Assembly (NCBI GenBank): GCA_964503335.1
Contig: CAZCZZ010000008.1
Coordinates: 8,911-72,910, forward strand
Source of the DNA: an uncultured Verrucomicrobiota bacterium
GTDB taxonomy: Bacteria; Verrucomicrobiota; Kiritimatiellia; CAIVKH01
DNA length: 64,000 bases
Reading direction: 5' to 3'
Shown here: positions 37,549 through 49,483 of the stretch, piece after piece
Layout of the letters: the number at the start of each line of letters is the position of its first letter
How positions within the stretch are numbered: the first letter of the stretch is position 1
Program-made: the position numbers and the translations under genes
The notes under the pieces: model-generated
Database searches by the model: none
The model's input: only the letters and a program-made list of their open reading frames with translations
Told to the model about the DNA's origin: nothing

Positions 37549-38333
37549 CAGGCTCATCACCCATCGTCGCCGGCTCCCGGCAGCCCGCAGATCGCAACCT
37601 GTGGATCGCCGTGGCGCTTGCGTTGGGTCTCCACGCGCTGTGGTTCATCCGCGTTCCGGAATTTCCACTCGCGTTGGACAAGCCTCCGGCGGCACCCGTG
37701 TTGCAGACCATGTTCTTCCATGAAGATCCGGCAGAACTTCTGGAGAGGAAGCTAAGCGAAGACGTGCGAGCGCTCCAGTCCCCGTCCATGTTCTCCCTGC
37801 CTACGCCGATGGGTTTCAGCCGGCCATTCCTGGGCGAGAGGCGGTCACTCCGGCCACCGCTCGAGGGACCGGGACAGGAGCCGTCGCCATCGGGCATGCC
37901 CTCGAACGCGCTTCCGCAGGGTTCGCTCGCGACGGACGGACACGGCACGCTGCTTCGCGGCATCGAGTGGCAGCGGGCGGGGTCCGGCCATGAATCTGAG
38001 GCTTTCCCGGCGGCACCAGCCGCGACCGGGGCGGTGCTACGGATTGCGTGGATGGACTCTGTCAAAGGCCTCCGCAATCAATCGCGTCCGGTGGAGCCTG
38101 GCTCCGTATGGGATGACCCGAAGCCGTGGGAGGCGTTGGCCTACGTTGAATTTGACGATCTCGGCAATGTGAAGCACGTGCTGCTGGAAAAGCCGACATC
38201 CTCGCCCGCGCGCAACGAGGAGATCGTGCGCGCCCTTCGCGGTTATCACTCCAAGCCGGGCGCCTTGGGCCAGTCGGGCTATGTCACGTTGCGATATGCC
38301 GGGGCGGAATCCAAGGCGAAGGAGCGGCCGTGA
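37545..38333 (+). CDS. TonB-like energy-transducer candidate (N-terminal TM, Pro-rich linker, C-terminal domain)
   Basis: TM LWIAVALALGLHALWFI, Pro-rich stretch, C-terminal VEFDDLGNVKHVLLEKPTSSPARNEEIVRALRGYHSKPG…GYVTLRY resembling the TonB_C fold; start overlaps exbD stop. Confidence 0.5.
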   Translation: MTGSSPIVAGSRQPADRNLWIAVALALGLHALWFIRVPEFPLALDKPPAAPVLQTMFFHEDPAELLERKLSEDVRALQSPSMFSLPTPMGFSRPFLGERRSLRPPLEGPGQEPSPSGMPSNALPQGSLATDGHGTLLRGIEWQRAGSGHESEAFPAAPAATGAVLRIAWMDSVKGLRNQSRPVEPGSVWDDPKPWEALAYVEFDDLGNVKHVLLEKPTSSPARNEEIVRALRGYHSKPGALGQSGYVTLRYAGAESKAKERP

Positions 38334-38563
38334 TGCAGTACGATCCAACGCTCTGGTGGGTTGGCCCCCTGGTGTTCAACCTTGTTGTCATGATTGGCGG
38401 CTGGCTATATTACAGCAACCGCACGTCGTGGTCCGTGGACGCTGAAAGGCCCCGCCAACTCTTTCGATGCCAGGCTTGCGGGCATGTTTATGTCGTCGCC
38501 CAGGAGTATCCCATCCTGCGCTGTCCGAAGTGCGGCGTGGACAATGAGGTGGTGAAACGGTGA
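38330..38563 (+). CDS. Small membrane protein with C-terminal zinc-ribbon (77 aa)
   Basis: TM (WWVGPLVFNLVVMIGGWLYY) then CQACGH…CPKCG; start overlaps upstream stop and its stop overlaps hisD start. Confidence 0.5.
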   Translation: MMQYDPTLWWVGPLVFNLVVMIGGWLYYSNRTSWSVDAERPRQLFRCQACGHVYVVAQEYPILRCPKCGVDNEVVKR

Positions 38564-39930
38564 GCGAGCGGAAGAAGAGTCCAGAGAGCGGCCAGATGAC
38601 GCTCAGGAAAATTATGACGGAAGCCAGAACAGTTGAAGTGCGCGTCGCCAAGTGGACCACCTCCACGACCACCGGTCCCGTTGTCGAGTTTCTCGCGAGG
38701 CCTGCGTTCCTGCCCGAAGCCGAGGCGGCGGCGGGTGAGGTCCTGCAGGATGTCCGCGAACGCGGTGACGCGGCGATCGTCGACGCGGTTGCGAAGTTCG
38801 ACGGCGCCAAGCTCACGCCTGCGAAGTTTGCGGTGACGAAGGCTGAGCGCATGGCCGTGATGGAGAAGGTGGACGCCGATTTCAAGCGCGCCTCTGCCGA
38901 GGCCCTGTCCCGTATTACAAAATTCGCCAAGAACGGCCTGCGCAAGGATTGGAGCATGCTCAGTCCCAAGGGCGGGACCATGGGCGAACAGTTTACGGCC
39001 CTTGATCGCGTCGGTGCCTACATTCCGGGCGGTGCTGCGCCGCTCGCATCGACCGCGTTGATGACGGTGGCGCTCGCGAAGGTCGCGGGTGTCCTCGAGA
39101 TTGTGGCCTGCACCCCGTGCGACGAGGACGGCAAAGTGAATCCGTACATCGTCTATGCCCTCGATCTCGCGGGCGCAACAGAGATTTACCGCGTCGGCGG
39201 CATCCAGGCGATCGGTGCAATGGCCTTCGGCACGAAGACGATACGTCGAGTCCAGAAGATCGTGGGCCCGGGCGGTCCGTTCGTGACCGCGGCAAAGCGC
39301 GCGGTCTACGGGCATGTCGACCTGGACATGGTAGCCGGGCCGAGCGAAGTGGCGATTCTGGCCGATGACACCGCAAGGGCGAATCATGTCGCCGCAGATT
39401 TGCTCGCCCAAGCCGAGCACGGGACCGGACTCGAGAAAGCCCTGCTGATTACCAATTCATCCACGCTGGCCTATGCGGTCCAGGCCGAGTTGATCCGACA
39501 GATGGCGACCCTTCCCAAGCTTGAAGTCGTCAAGGATGTCCTGATGAACGGCACACTGATTGCCTTGGTGGACAACCTCGATATCGGCATGGAGCTCTGC
39601 AACCAGTTTGCGCCGGAGCATCTTGAGATCAACGTGCGGGAGCCCCGCATGTGGCTCAAGAAGGTGCGCCGCGCAGGCGCTGTGTTTATCGGACCTTGGA
39701 CCCCGGAATCGGTCGGCGACTTTGTCGCGGGCCCGAGCCATGTCCTGCCCACCGGCGGCACGGCCGCGATGTTCTCCGGTTTGACGGTCGAATCGTTCCG
39801 GCGTCGGACGAGCTACGTTTCCTACACGCGTGCGGACCTGCAGGACGTGTTGCCGGTCATCGAGAGCTTCGGACGCGTTGAAGAGCTCGAAGGGCACGCA
39901 CGCTCCGCGCGGATCCGCTTCGAGAAATAG
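38560..39930 (+). CDS. hisD: Histidinol dehydrogenase
   Basis: LDRVGAYIPGGAAPLASTALMTVALAKVAGV, QAEHGTGLEKALL, HLEINVREP motifs. Start ambiguous (GTG at 38560 or MTLRK at 38596). Confidence 0.9.
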   Translation: MSERKKSPESGQMTLRKIMTEARTVEVRVAKWTTSTTTGPVVEFLARPAFLPEAEAAAGEVLQDVRERGDAAIVDAVAKFDGAKLTPAKFAVTKAERMAVMEKVDADFKRASAEALSRITKFAKNGLRKDWSMLSPKGGTMGEQFTALDRVGAYIPGGAAPLASTALMTVALAKVAGVLEIVACTPCDEDGKVNPYIVYALDLAGATEIYRVGGIQAIGAMAFGTKTIRRVQKIVGPGGPFVTAAKRAVYGHVDLDMVAGPSEVAILADDTARANHVAADLLAQAEHGTGLEKALLITNSSTLAYAVQAELIRQMATLPKLEVVKDVLMNGTLIALVDNLDIGMELCNQFAPEHLEINVREPRMWLKKVRRAGAVFIGPWTPESVGDFVAGPSHVLPTGGTAAMFSGLTVESFRRRTSYVSYTRADLQDVLPVIESFGRVEELEGHARSARIRFEK

Positions 39931-39947
39931 CCGGGCAGGGCCACGCC

Positions 39948-40982
39948 ATGATCCGCAAAGCCGTCGAGCAGCTATCCGCATACACTCCGGGCGAGCAACC
40001 GCGCGGCACGGGCGTGATCAAGCTCAACACGAACGAGAATCCCTATCCTCCGTCACCGAAGGTGGCGGGGGCCTTGAAGAACATCGATCCGGCCAAGCTT
40101 CGTCTCTATCCCGATCCCGTCTGCACATCCCTGCGGAAGAAGATCGCGACATATCACAGCTGTGGCGTCGAGCAGGTGTTCGTAGGGAACGGGTCCGACG
40201 AAGTGCTGGCGCTGGCCTTGCGGGCCTTTGTGGAGCGAAATGGCAGCGTGGGGTACTTCGATCCGTCCTACTCGCTCTACCCCGTGCTTGCGGCCATTGA
40301 GGGCATCCGGACCGCGCCGGTGTCGCTGGCGGACGACTTCGGCTGGACGCCGCCTTCACTGGCGGACACATCGCTCTTCTTCCTGACAAATCCAAACGCG
40401 CCGACAAGCCTCCTCTTTTCGAAGAGTGATGTGTCCGCGTTCTGCCGGTCTTATCCCGGTGTTGTGTTGATCGATGAAGCATATGTCGATTTCGCCCCGG
40501 GCCACTGCGTCGATCTTTCGCTTCAGTTGCCCAATGTGCTTTGCGCCCGGTCGCTATCGAAGTCCTTCTCCCTGGCCGGTCTTCGCATCGGTTACGCGGT
40601 GGGGTCGGTCGGCCTGATCGAGGCGCTGTACAAGATCAAGGACTCGTACAATGTGAGCTACCTCGCCCAGGAACTGGCGTCCGCCGCGATGGAGGACATC
40701 GCATGGATGCGGGCGAACGTGGAGCGAATCCGCACGACCCGCGATCGCGTCGCCGGCGTCCTGACCGGTTGGGGCAACTTCGTGTATCCGTCGGCGACAA
40801 ACTTCATTTGGGTTCGACCTGCCGGCAAACCGGCGCGCGAGATCTTTGAGTCTCTGCGATCGCGGAACATCTTTGTGCGCTACTTCCCGGGGCCACGGAC
40901 TGGCAATCACATCCGCATCACGATCGGCACGGATGAGCAAATGGACGCGTTTCTGGCCGCTTGGCGAGAGGTGACAGGTTAG
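39948..40982 (+). CDS. hisC: Histidinol-phosphate aminotransferase
   Basis: IKLNTNENPYPPSPKV N-terminus, PLP-lysine region SLSKSFSLAGLRIGYAV. Confidence 0.9.
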   Translation: MIRKAVEQLSAYTPGEQPRGTGVIKLNTNENPYPPSPKVAGALKNIDPAKLRLYPDPVCTSLRKKIATYHSCGVEQVFVGNGSDEVLALALRAFVERNGSVGYFDPSYSLYPVLAAIEGIRTAPVSLADDFGWTPPSLADTSLFFLTNPNAPTSLLFSKSDVSAFCRSYPGVVLIDEAYVDFAPGHCVDLSLQLPNVLCARSLSKSFSLAGLRIGYAVGSVGLIEALYKIKDSYNVSYLAQELASAAMEDIAWMRANVERIRTTRDRVAGVLTGWGNFVYPSATNFIWVRPAGKPAREIFESLRSRNIFVRYFPGPRTGNHIRITIGTDEQMDAFLAAWREVTG

Positions 40983-40984
40983 CC

Positions 40985-41320
40985 ATGCCGCGCTTGCCAC
41001 TCATCGTTTGCATACTTGTCTTCGTGGTGGGGCAGGTTGGCGCCAGCCTCGTCTTTCGCGTGACCGCGATGAAGCAGGGATCAGACGCACTTCTTTGGTT
41101 CATCGGGGGCAACTGCCTCGGCTTCCTTTGTCCTGTCGCCCTCACGCTCGCCCTGCGGGGAGCGAATCCCAACGTGGTTTACGCCCTCTGCTTTGGCTCG
41201 GCATTCTGCGTACTGCAGTTCGGTTCCTGGATGCTGTTTCGCGAGCCGATAACCCTGCTCCAGTGGGCGGGCATCGGTCTTGTCGCCGTCGGCATCGTCC
41301 TCCTCCAAGTCAAAGCTTAG
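40985..41320 (+). CDS. Small 4-TM membrane protein (SMR/EamA-like)
   Basis: 112 aa, four hydrophobic helices. Start taken at MPRLPL; the ORF-track start 40961 overlaps the hisC 3' end. Confidence 0.5.
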   Translation: MPRLPLIVCILVFVVGQVGASLVFRVTAMKQGSDALLWFIGGNCLGFLCPVALTLALRGANPNVVYALCFGSAFCVLQFGSWMLFREPITLLQWAGIGLVAVGIVLLQVKA

Positions 41321-41486
41321 CGCTGGGAAGGCGCACGTTGTGCGTCGCAAAGCATTCAATAGCAATAGGCTATAGGACTATGCACAAAAGGTGATAAAAC
41401 GTTTTACTAATCCGCAGGAGCGACGTATATTCTGTCTCAGTTTAAGCAATCAACCCGAACAGGGGACAAAGGGAAAAGGGAAGAAT

Positions 41487-41936
41487 ATGATCAAGAAACT
41501 GATGATGTTGGCCATGGTGGCAGCGGGCTTGATGGCCGCGCCGGTGAGCAGCAAGGGCGAGTCGATCTGGTACAAGGGATACGGCGATCGTTGGGACTAC
41601 ACCAAGTACGCGACCTACCAGTACACGAATCTCAAGGTTGATTTCGGTGTCTGGCCGATGGCTTATGGTCACACGGCTGGCGCGGTCTACACGGACGACG
41701 GATGGACGACGGTCAACTGGGGCACGGGCCAGTGGGTTGCCAATGTCGCGAACCCCTTCGGCGGCCAGGATGAAGCCTGGAAGGTCTATCTTCTCGGCGG
41801 TAACACCTGCGGGCAGATGGGCTGTGGTTTCACGCCCTTCACGTTCGAGTTCGCGCTCTACGTGAAGAACAGCGCCAACCAGACGTTCTGGAACAACAAC
41901 GGCGGATCGAACTTCCGCATCACGTTGAACCAGTAG
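41487..41936 (+). CDS. Secreted stand-alone CBM25-like carbohydrate-binding module protein
   Basis: Signal peptide MIKKLMMLAMVAAGLMAAPVSS; C-terminal …QTFWNNNGGSNFRI matches the module repeated at the C-terminus of the GH13 amylase; RBS-like AAGGGAAAAGGG upstream. Confidence 0.6.
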   Translation: MIKKLMMLAMVAAGLMAAPVSSKGESIWYKGYGDRWDYTKYATYQYTNLKVDFGVWPMAYGHTAGAVYTDDGWTTVNWGTGQWVANVANPFGGQDEAWKVYLLGGNTCGQMGCGFTPFTFEFALYVKNSANQTFWNNNGGSNFRITLNQ

Positions 41937-41994
41937 TTCGATAGGACAGCATTCAAGTAGCGGCTTCCGGCTTCGGCTGGAAGCCGCTATCTTT

Positions 41995-42684
41995 TTGTGT
42001 GGAGGTCTCATGATGTACCAGCTCGCGATCCTGCTGCTTCTCTCCGTCACCAGTCTTGCCGGTGAGACGAACGATGCCCCGAAGTCCGTGTGCGACGGCT
42101 GCGTTGCTGAAGTCGGCAGCGTTGAGATTCCGTACGACTGGCTCCTACACGAGTTCCGTTCGACCTTCTTCCGCTATCCGCAGGATAGCAACGTGCGCAG
42201 CCAGGTGTTCTCGAATCTGCTCGATCGCATGACGCTCTTCGCCGCCGCGAAGGAGTCCGGCGTGCAGGACGATGCGGCGCTTCAAGCCAGGATCACCGAC
42301 CAGATTGAAAGCACGCGCGCCTTCATGAACTACCAGCTCGAGATGCGACGCATCGGCCTGATCGTGGAGGCGTACCTCAAGAAGTCCGGCCTGGATGTTT
42401 CGCAATTCAGCGTGACCGACGAAGAGCTCGCCGCGTTCTACAAAGGGAAATATGTCGGCCTGCCCGGCGCCCCGGCGACCGTCGAGGAAGCCCCGGCCGA
42501 AATCCGCCTCCAGATCCGCGAAGAAGCCGTCGCCGAGAAACAGAAGAAGGCGATCGAAGAGCACCTCTCCAGCCTCCGCGAGACGCTGCCCACGACGGTT
42601 GACGAAGAGAAGGTCCAATCTGTCCCGATGCCGAAGATGGAAGGCCACGTTCCACCCGGCATGTCTGACCCCGCGAGTCGTTAG
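41995..42684 (+). CDS. Hypothetical secreted protein (229 aa)
   Basis: Signal peptide MMYQLAILLLLSVTSLAG; charged/helical C-terminal half; no recognisable motif. Confidence 0.45.
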   Translation: MCGGLMMYQLAILLLLSVTSLAGETNDAPKSVCDGCVAEVGSVEIPYDWLLHEFRSTFFRYPQDSNVRSQVFSNLLDRMTLFAAAKESGVQDDAALQARITDQIESTRAFMNYQLEMRRIGLIVEAYLKKSGLDVSQFSVTDEELAAFYKGKYVGLPGAPATVEEAPAEIRLQIREEAVAEKQKKAIEEHLSSLRETLPTTVDEEKVQSVPMPKMEGHVPPGMSDPASR

Positions 42685-42730
42685 ACCTCGACGCTTCTGC
42701 GCTGGATGTTAGCCTTCGTCGCAGGAGGAC

Positions 42731-43117
42731 GTGGCGATGAAGCAATGGATCGTAGTAATCGCAGCACTCGCGATGGCGACAGGATGCGGAAAGGGGTTGC
42801 GCACGGATTATGGCAAGCCCGCCGCGCAGTTTCTGGCGGCAGACGTTGCCGCGAAGGGCCTGGGCTTCGTGGGCCAGAAGATTTCGGTCAAGGGAACGGT
42901 GACGGGAGTGGATGCGAGCGATCCGGACCATGCGATTGTCACGCTTGAGCAGGGTATCCGGTGCGACTTCGGTGACCTCTCCGCGATGGCCAGAAGCAGG
43001 AGCGAAGGTACCGTTGCCGTTGTCGATGGTATTCTTGAGCGCTGCGCCCCGGGCGACATCCTGATCAAGCCCTCGCTGTATCGCGACCCGTCCGCACCGT
43101 TTGTTCCCACGCCGTAG
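42731..43117 (+). CDS. Hypothetical lipoprotein (128 aa)
   Basis: Lipobox-like IAALAMATGCGK; small beta-rich domain. Confidence 0.5.
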   Translation: MAMKQWIVVIAALAMATGCGKGLRTDYGKPAAQFLAADVAAKGLGFVGQKISVKGTVTGVDASDPDHAIVTLEQGIRCDFGDLSAMARSRSEGTVAVVDGILERCAPGDILIKPSLYRDPSAPFVPTP

Positions 43118-43191
43118 CGTCAAACTGGGCGGGCAGGCTGTGCCTGCCCGCGGGTGGAGAGATGTGTATACCGTCCCGGAAGCAACGAGCG

Positions 43192-43500
43192 CTACATCCG
43201 CGGACTAATTCCAGGAATCCCTCTGGCCGCATACCAGACTCTGACGATGTCGATCCGCTTCTCCTTCGAATTCACACGATACACGACGCGACACGGAGGA
43301 CGGATAATCTCACGCAGCGATGGGTCTGCGAATTCGGGCACGACGCGGCCCGAAGTCGGGAAACGTGCAAGGCGTTCAACGGAGTCGATGATATCGTTCG
43401 TGAACCGCTTTGCGGCACGAGGATTATCCTGCGCGATGAAAGTGCGGAGATCGATGAGGTCAAACCGGGCTGCGGGTGACCACGCTAGTCGGAATTCCAC
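43192..43500 (-). CDS. parE: Type II toxin-antitoxin system RelE/ParE-family toxin
   Basis: WSPAARFDLIDLRTFIAQDNPRAAKRFTNDIIDSVERLARFP…VVYRV pattern typical of ParE/RelE; overlaps upstream small gene by 16 nt. Confidence 0.8.
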   Translation of the reverse strand: MEFRLAWSPAARFDLIDLRTFIAQDNPRAAKRFTNDIIDSVERLARFPTSGRVVPEFADPSLREIIRPPCRVVYRVNSKEKRIDIVRVWYAARGIPGISPRM

Positions 43501-43694
43501 TCGGCAAATTCCTCTCTGACCCGATCATGAGGAATCCCCTTGCCGCCATCCAAATCCAGAAGCGATCTGCGCACACCGGCAACAAAATTGATACGCTCCT
43601 GAATATCCTCCCATGTTGCACCCTCGGGAAGCTCCGCAATGGTATGAATGGCAATTTCCTTCGTCGTCATGCTGATAACTCTACCACGCCCCAT
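43485..43694 (-). CDS. Putative antitoxin partner of the ParE-family toxin
   Basis: 69-aa acidic protein immediately upstream of and overlapping the toxin gene; start may be MTTKE (43670). Confidence 0.55.
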   Translation of the reverse strand: MGRGRVISMTTKEIAIHTIAELPEGATWEDIQERINFVAGVRRSLLDLDGGKGIPHDRVREEFAEWNSD

Positions 43695-43860
43695 GCTCTC
43701 GGCAACAAGACTTAAGCGCGTGTAGGTTATGCCCGCGGGTTCAAATCGTATTCCGTCGCACTGATGTAGCAGCCGACTAGCGGTCTGCTCACTTCACTTT
43801 AACGTCGACCTTCAGTAGAAGGCTACATTCGGAGTCAAGAAGGGCACACGGTAGCGTACC

Positions 43861-43926
43861 CCTTGGACTGCAAAAGTTCCAAGGATTGGAAGTCTTGCAC
43901 GAGAGAAGTTCCAATCGTTGGAACTT
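43861..43926. promoter_or_regulatory. Array of TTCCAA/TTGGAA palindromic half-sites upstream of the TA module
   Basis: CCTTGGA…TTCCAAGGATTGGAAGT (43874-94) and perfect AAGTTCCAA-TCG-TTGGAACTT (43906-26); same 6-3-6 palindrome as at 13088-13134. Confidence 0.45.
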
Positions 43927-43935
43927 CTGCTCGAC

Positions 43936-44670
43936 TCAGGGGGCGCGGTTGAAGAGGGCGGCCCAGTCGAGGTGGGTTTCGGCGTAGACGGTGTCGATGC
44001 CCTGGATGAAGGGCACGATCTGGGTTTCGTCCACGAGCCCGTAGGTGTGGGCGAGTTTGCTCAGGCGCTGATTCCGGTCGGTGCGGCTCAGTGAAATGAT
44101 CTGACCCATGAGCTGATGCATCTGCATCTGGAACTCCTGGCTGTTCTCATCGATCTCACCGGCGTCGGCTTTCAGCCATAGGGCGTCGAGCGATTCGAGG
44201 CTGCCCTTGATGCGTTGGATCATCTTCATATCGTCCTCGTCCTGCGTAGTCTTCTCGCGGCTCTCGAGGCGGGCGAACTCCTGATCCATCTTCCGGTCAA
44301 AATCGGCCAGCCATTCCTTGCGGCGCTTGTCCTTTTCCTCGTCCGTTGCCTCGGGCGGCCTCTCGCCGGTTGGTCCGGGTGAAACGAAGATCGGTGTCGC
44401 GTTTCCGTCAGGCAGCGCGGGCTGAACGGGTGTCGGTTCCACAACGACGGGTTGAACCACCGGCGGTGCGATGGGCTGGACCCGTGAGGAAGCGGGTTCC
44501 GGCACAGGCTCGGCATGTGTAGTCACTGCCGCGGGCTGCGCGGACTTGAGCGCGGCAAGCTCCGCGCGGAGGGACTCTGCCTTGCGATGCTCGACAATCC
44601 CATAGCCCAGACAGAAGAGGGCTCCGATGGTCACCGCGACGATGTGCGTTCCTGTGTCGGCGCGGAACAT
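43936..44670 (-). CDS. Hypothetical membrane-anchored Pro-rich/coiled-coil protein
   Basis: Start taken at MFRADTGTHIVAVTIGALFCLGYGI (single TM), Pro/Val-rich linker, acidic helical C-terminal domain; the ORF-track N-terminal extension overlaps the upstream gene. Confidence 0.45.
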   Translation of the reverse strand: MFRADTGTHIVAVTIGALFCLGYGIVEHRKAESLRAELAALKSAQPAAVTTHAEPVPEPASSRVQPIAPPVVQPVVVEPTPVQPALPDGNATPIFVSPGPTGERPPEATDEEKDKRRKEWLADFDRKMDQEFARLESREKTTQDEDDMKMIQRIKGSLESLDALWLKADAGEIDENSQEFQMQMHQLMGQIISLSRTDRNQRLSKLAHTYGLVDETQIVPFIQGIDTVYAETHLDWAALFNRAP

Positions 44671-44671
44671 A

Positions 44672-45052
44672 CTAGGAAAGCGTGAGTCCGCAGAAAGCGG
44701 CAAGGGCCATGAGCACGATCGCGATCTTGCGCAGCGTATCGCCACGGGGTGACGACTTGCTGATGCCCAGCAGGGCACCGGTAGCCAGCAGGAATACAAA
44801 CTTCAGCGCGATCACACCGTTGTAGTGAGGGCCCATGACATGGCCGCGTTTCATGCCGTACAGCAGAATGCCCGCCAGCAGGCCGATACCGAGCAGGATG
44901 TTGAAGACTTTGGAGGCGCGTCCGGCCACGTTAATCTCGCGCCGCAGCGACACGGGCACTACGAGTTGGAACGCCAGCAGGCCGCCGAAAGTCCCGACAA
45001 CGCAGAGCAGATGAACCCAAAGCAGGGCTACATACGGAATGTTGATTTGCAT
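44672..45052 (-). CDS. Hypothetical 4-TM membrane protein
   Basis: Start at MQINIPYVALLWVHLL; four hydrophobic helices, no recognised motif. Confidence 0.45.
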   Translation of the reverse strand: MQINIPYVALLWVHLLCVVGTFGGLLAFQLVVPVSLRREINVAGRASKVFNILLGIGLLAGILLYGMKRGHVMGPHYNGVIALKFVFLLATGALLGISKSSPRGDTLRKIAIVLMALAAFCGLTLS

Positions 45053-45179
45053 GCGCGGAGTGTAGCGAAGCTTGATTCTGACGCAACCACGTGATGTGGT
45101 CTGAGGTAGGGACAGCACTCCGTGCTGTCCGTCGGGAAGAACCGGTCGGGAGCGGAGTCCCGATCCTACCTCGAACCAA

Positions 45180-45494
45180 TCAGCCCTTGCGCTTGGTCGT
45201 CTCGGCGGCGATCAGTTCGTGGGCCTTTTCGGCGGAGTCGACCTTTTCAGCGTGGTCGACGAGCAAGTTGACTTCGTTGAGCTCGACTTCGATGACGCCC
45301 TGGCCGGTGACGAAAATCTTCTTCTCGCCGCTTGCGGCAACGGTGGTCATTCCGACCTTCAGGAACGCGATCATCGGAGCGTGGTGCGCGAGGACGCCGA
45401 GTTCGCCTTCGGAGCCTGGGGCAACGACGGACTCCGCAGGGCCTTCAAAGACCTTGCCTTGCGGACTCACGATGCAGAGGTTGAACGTTGCCAT
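45180..45494 (-). CDS. atpC: F1Fo ATP synthase epsilon subunit (short form, 104 aa)
   Basis: N-terminal beta-sandwich MATFNLCIVSPQGKVFEG…; only a single short C-terminal helix; last gene of atp operon. Confidence 0.8.
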   Translation of the reverse strand: MATFNLCIVSPQGKVFEGPAESVVAPGSEGELGVLAHHAPMIAFLKVGMTTVAASGEKKIFVTGQGVIEVELNEVNLLVDHAEKVDSAEKAHELIAAETTKRKG

Positions 45495-45506
45495 GATGCC
45501 GATGCC

Positions 45507-47003
<1,497 letters not shown>

Positions 47004-47039
47004 TTAACCATCAACCATTGTCCCGGTTCGTCTCTTCCT

Positions 47040-47912
47040 CTATCCCTTCAGCGCCTCGGCGCCGGAGATGATTTCAATCAGTTCCTTGGTGATCGACGCC
47101 TGCCGTGCGCGGTTGCGGAGCAGGGTGTACAGGTCGATCATGGCGTTGGCGTTGTTCGTCGCGTTGTCCATCGCCGTCATGCGCGCGCCGTTTTCGCCGG
47201 CGGCGTTTTCCAGCAGCGCGTAGTAGATCTCGAACTCGACCGTCTTGGGCAGCAGGACCGACAGCAGTTCCGACTCTGCCGGCTCAAGGATGAAATTCGA
47301 AGCGACGCCCTTGTCGGCCACGCGTATCTCGTGGTGCTCGATCGGGAGCAGGAAATTCATCATGGGTTTTTGCGACAGCGGATTGATGAAGTGGTTGTAG
47401 GCGATGTAAACCTCGTCGTACTCGCCCGAGAGGAATGACTCGATGGCCTCGTTCGCGATCTTTACCGCGTGGCCGTAAGTCGGCTTCTGGGTGACACCGT
47501 CGTAGTTCGCCTTCATCTGGGCGCGGTTCCGGAAGGCCAGGAGGCCGCGACGGCCGATGAAGCTGAGGTCGATGCGGTCGTAAAGCTTCGGAGGACGCTC
47601 CATCCAGCGCGTGACGTATTTGATGAGGTTGTTGTTGAAGCCGCCGCACATGCCTTTGTCCGACGTGACCACGATCACGAGCGCCGTCTTCGGTTCCTCG
47701 CGACCCTGCAGGAGCGCGTGGGCGGTCGGATCCACCGACGCCGCGAGCTTCGCAATCATGTCGTGCAGCTTGGTCGCATAGACCGTCGCCTTCCGCTGCG
47801 CGTCCATCGTCTTGTAGAGCTTGCTGGCCGCGACCATTTTCATGGTCTTGGTCATCTTGCGCGTGTTGTGCAAGCTCTTCAGCTTATTCTTATATTCCTT
47901 CAGGGAAGGCAT
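47040..47912 (-). CDS. atpG: ATP synthase gamma subunit
   Basis: MPSLKEYKNKLKSLHNTRKMTKTMKMVAASKL N-terminus and conserved C-terminal helix. Confidence 0.95.
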   Translation of the reverse strand: MPSLKEYKNKLKSLHNTRKMTKTMKMVAASKLYKTMDAQRKATVYATKLHDMIAKLAASVDPTAHALLQGREEPKTALVIVVTSDKGMCGGFNNNLIKYVTRWMERPPKLYDRIDLSFIGRRGLLAFRNRAQMKANYDGVTQKPTYGHAVKIANEAIESFLSGEYDEVYIAYNHFINPLSQKPMMNFLLPIEHHEIRVADKGVASNFILEPAESELLSVLLPKTVEFEIYYALLENAAGENGARMTAMDNATNNANAMIDLYTLLRNRARQASITKELIEIISGAEALKG

Positions 47913-47959
47913 GGTTTAGAGAGATACGAGATGTGAAATGTGAGATTCGAAACTCGAAA

Positions 47960-49471
<1,512 letters not shown>

Positions 49472-49483
49472 ACAAGTGTCCTT

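Noticed and set aside
43695-43760. tRNA-like fragment GCGGGTTCAAATCG (T-arm-like) upstream of the TA module, a possible integration-site remnant.
   Set aside because: The match covers only the 5' T-stem and loop. The 3' stem and acceptor are absent and no cloverleaf can be drawn. No integrase is nearby.
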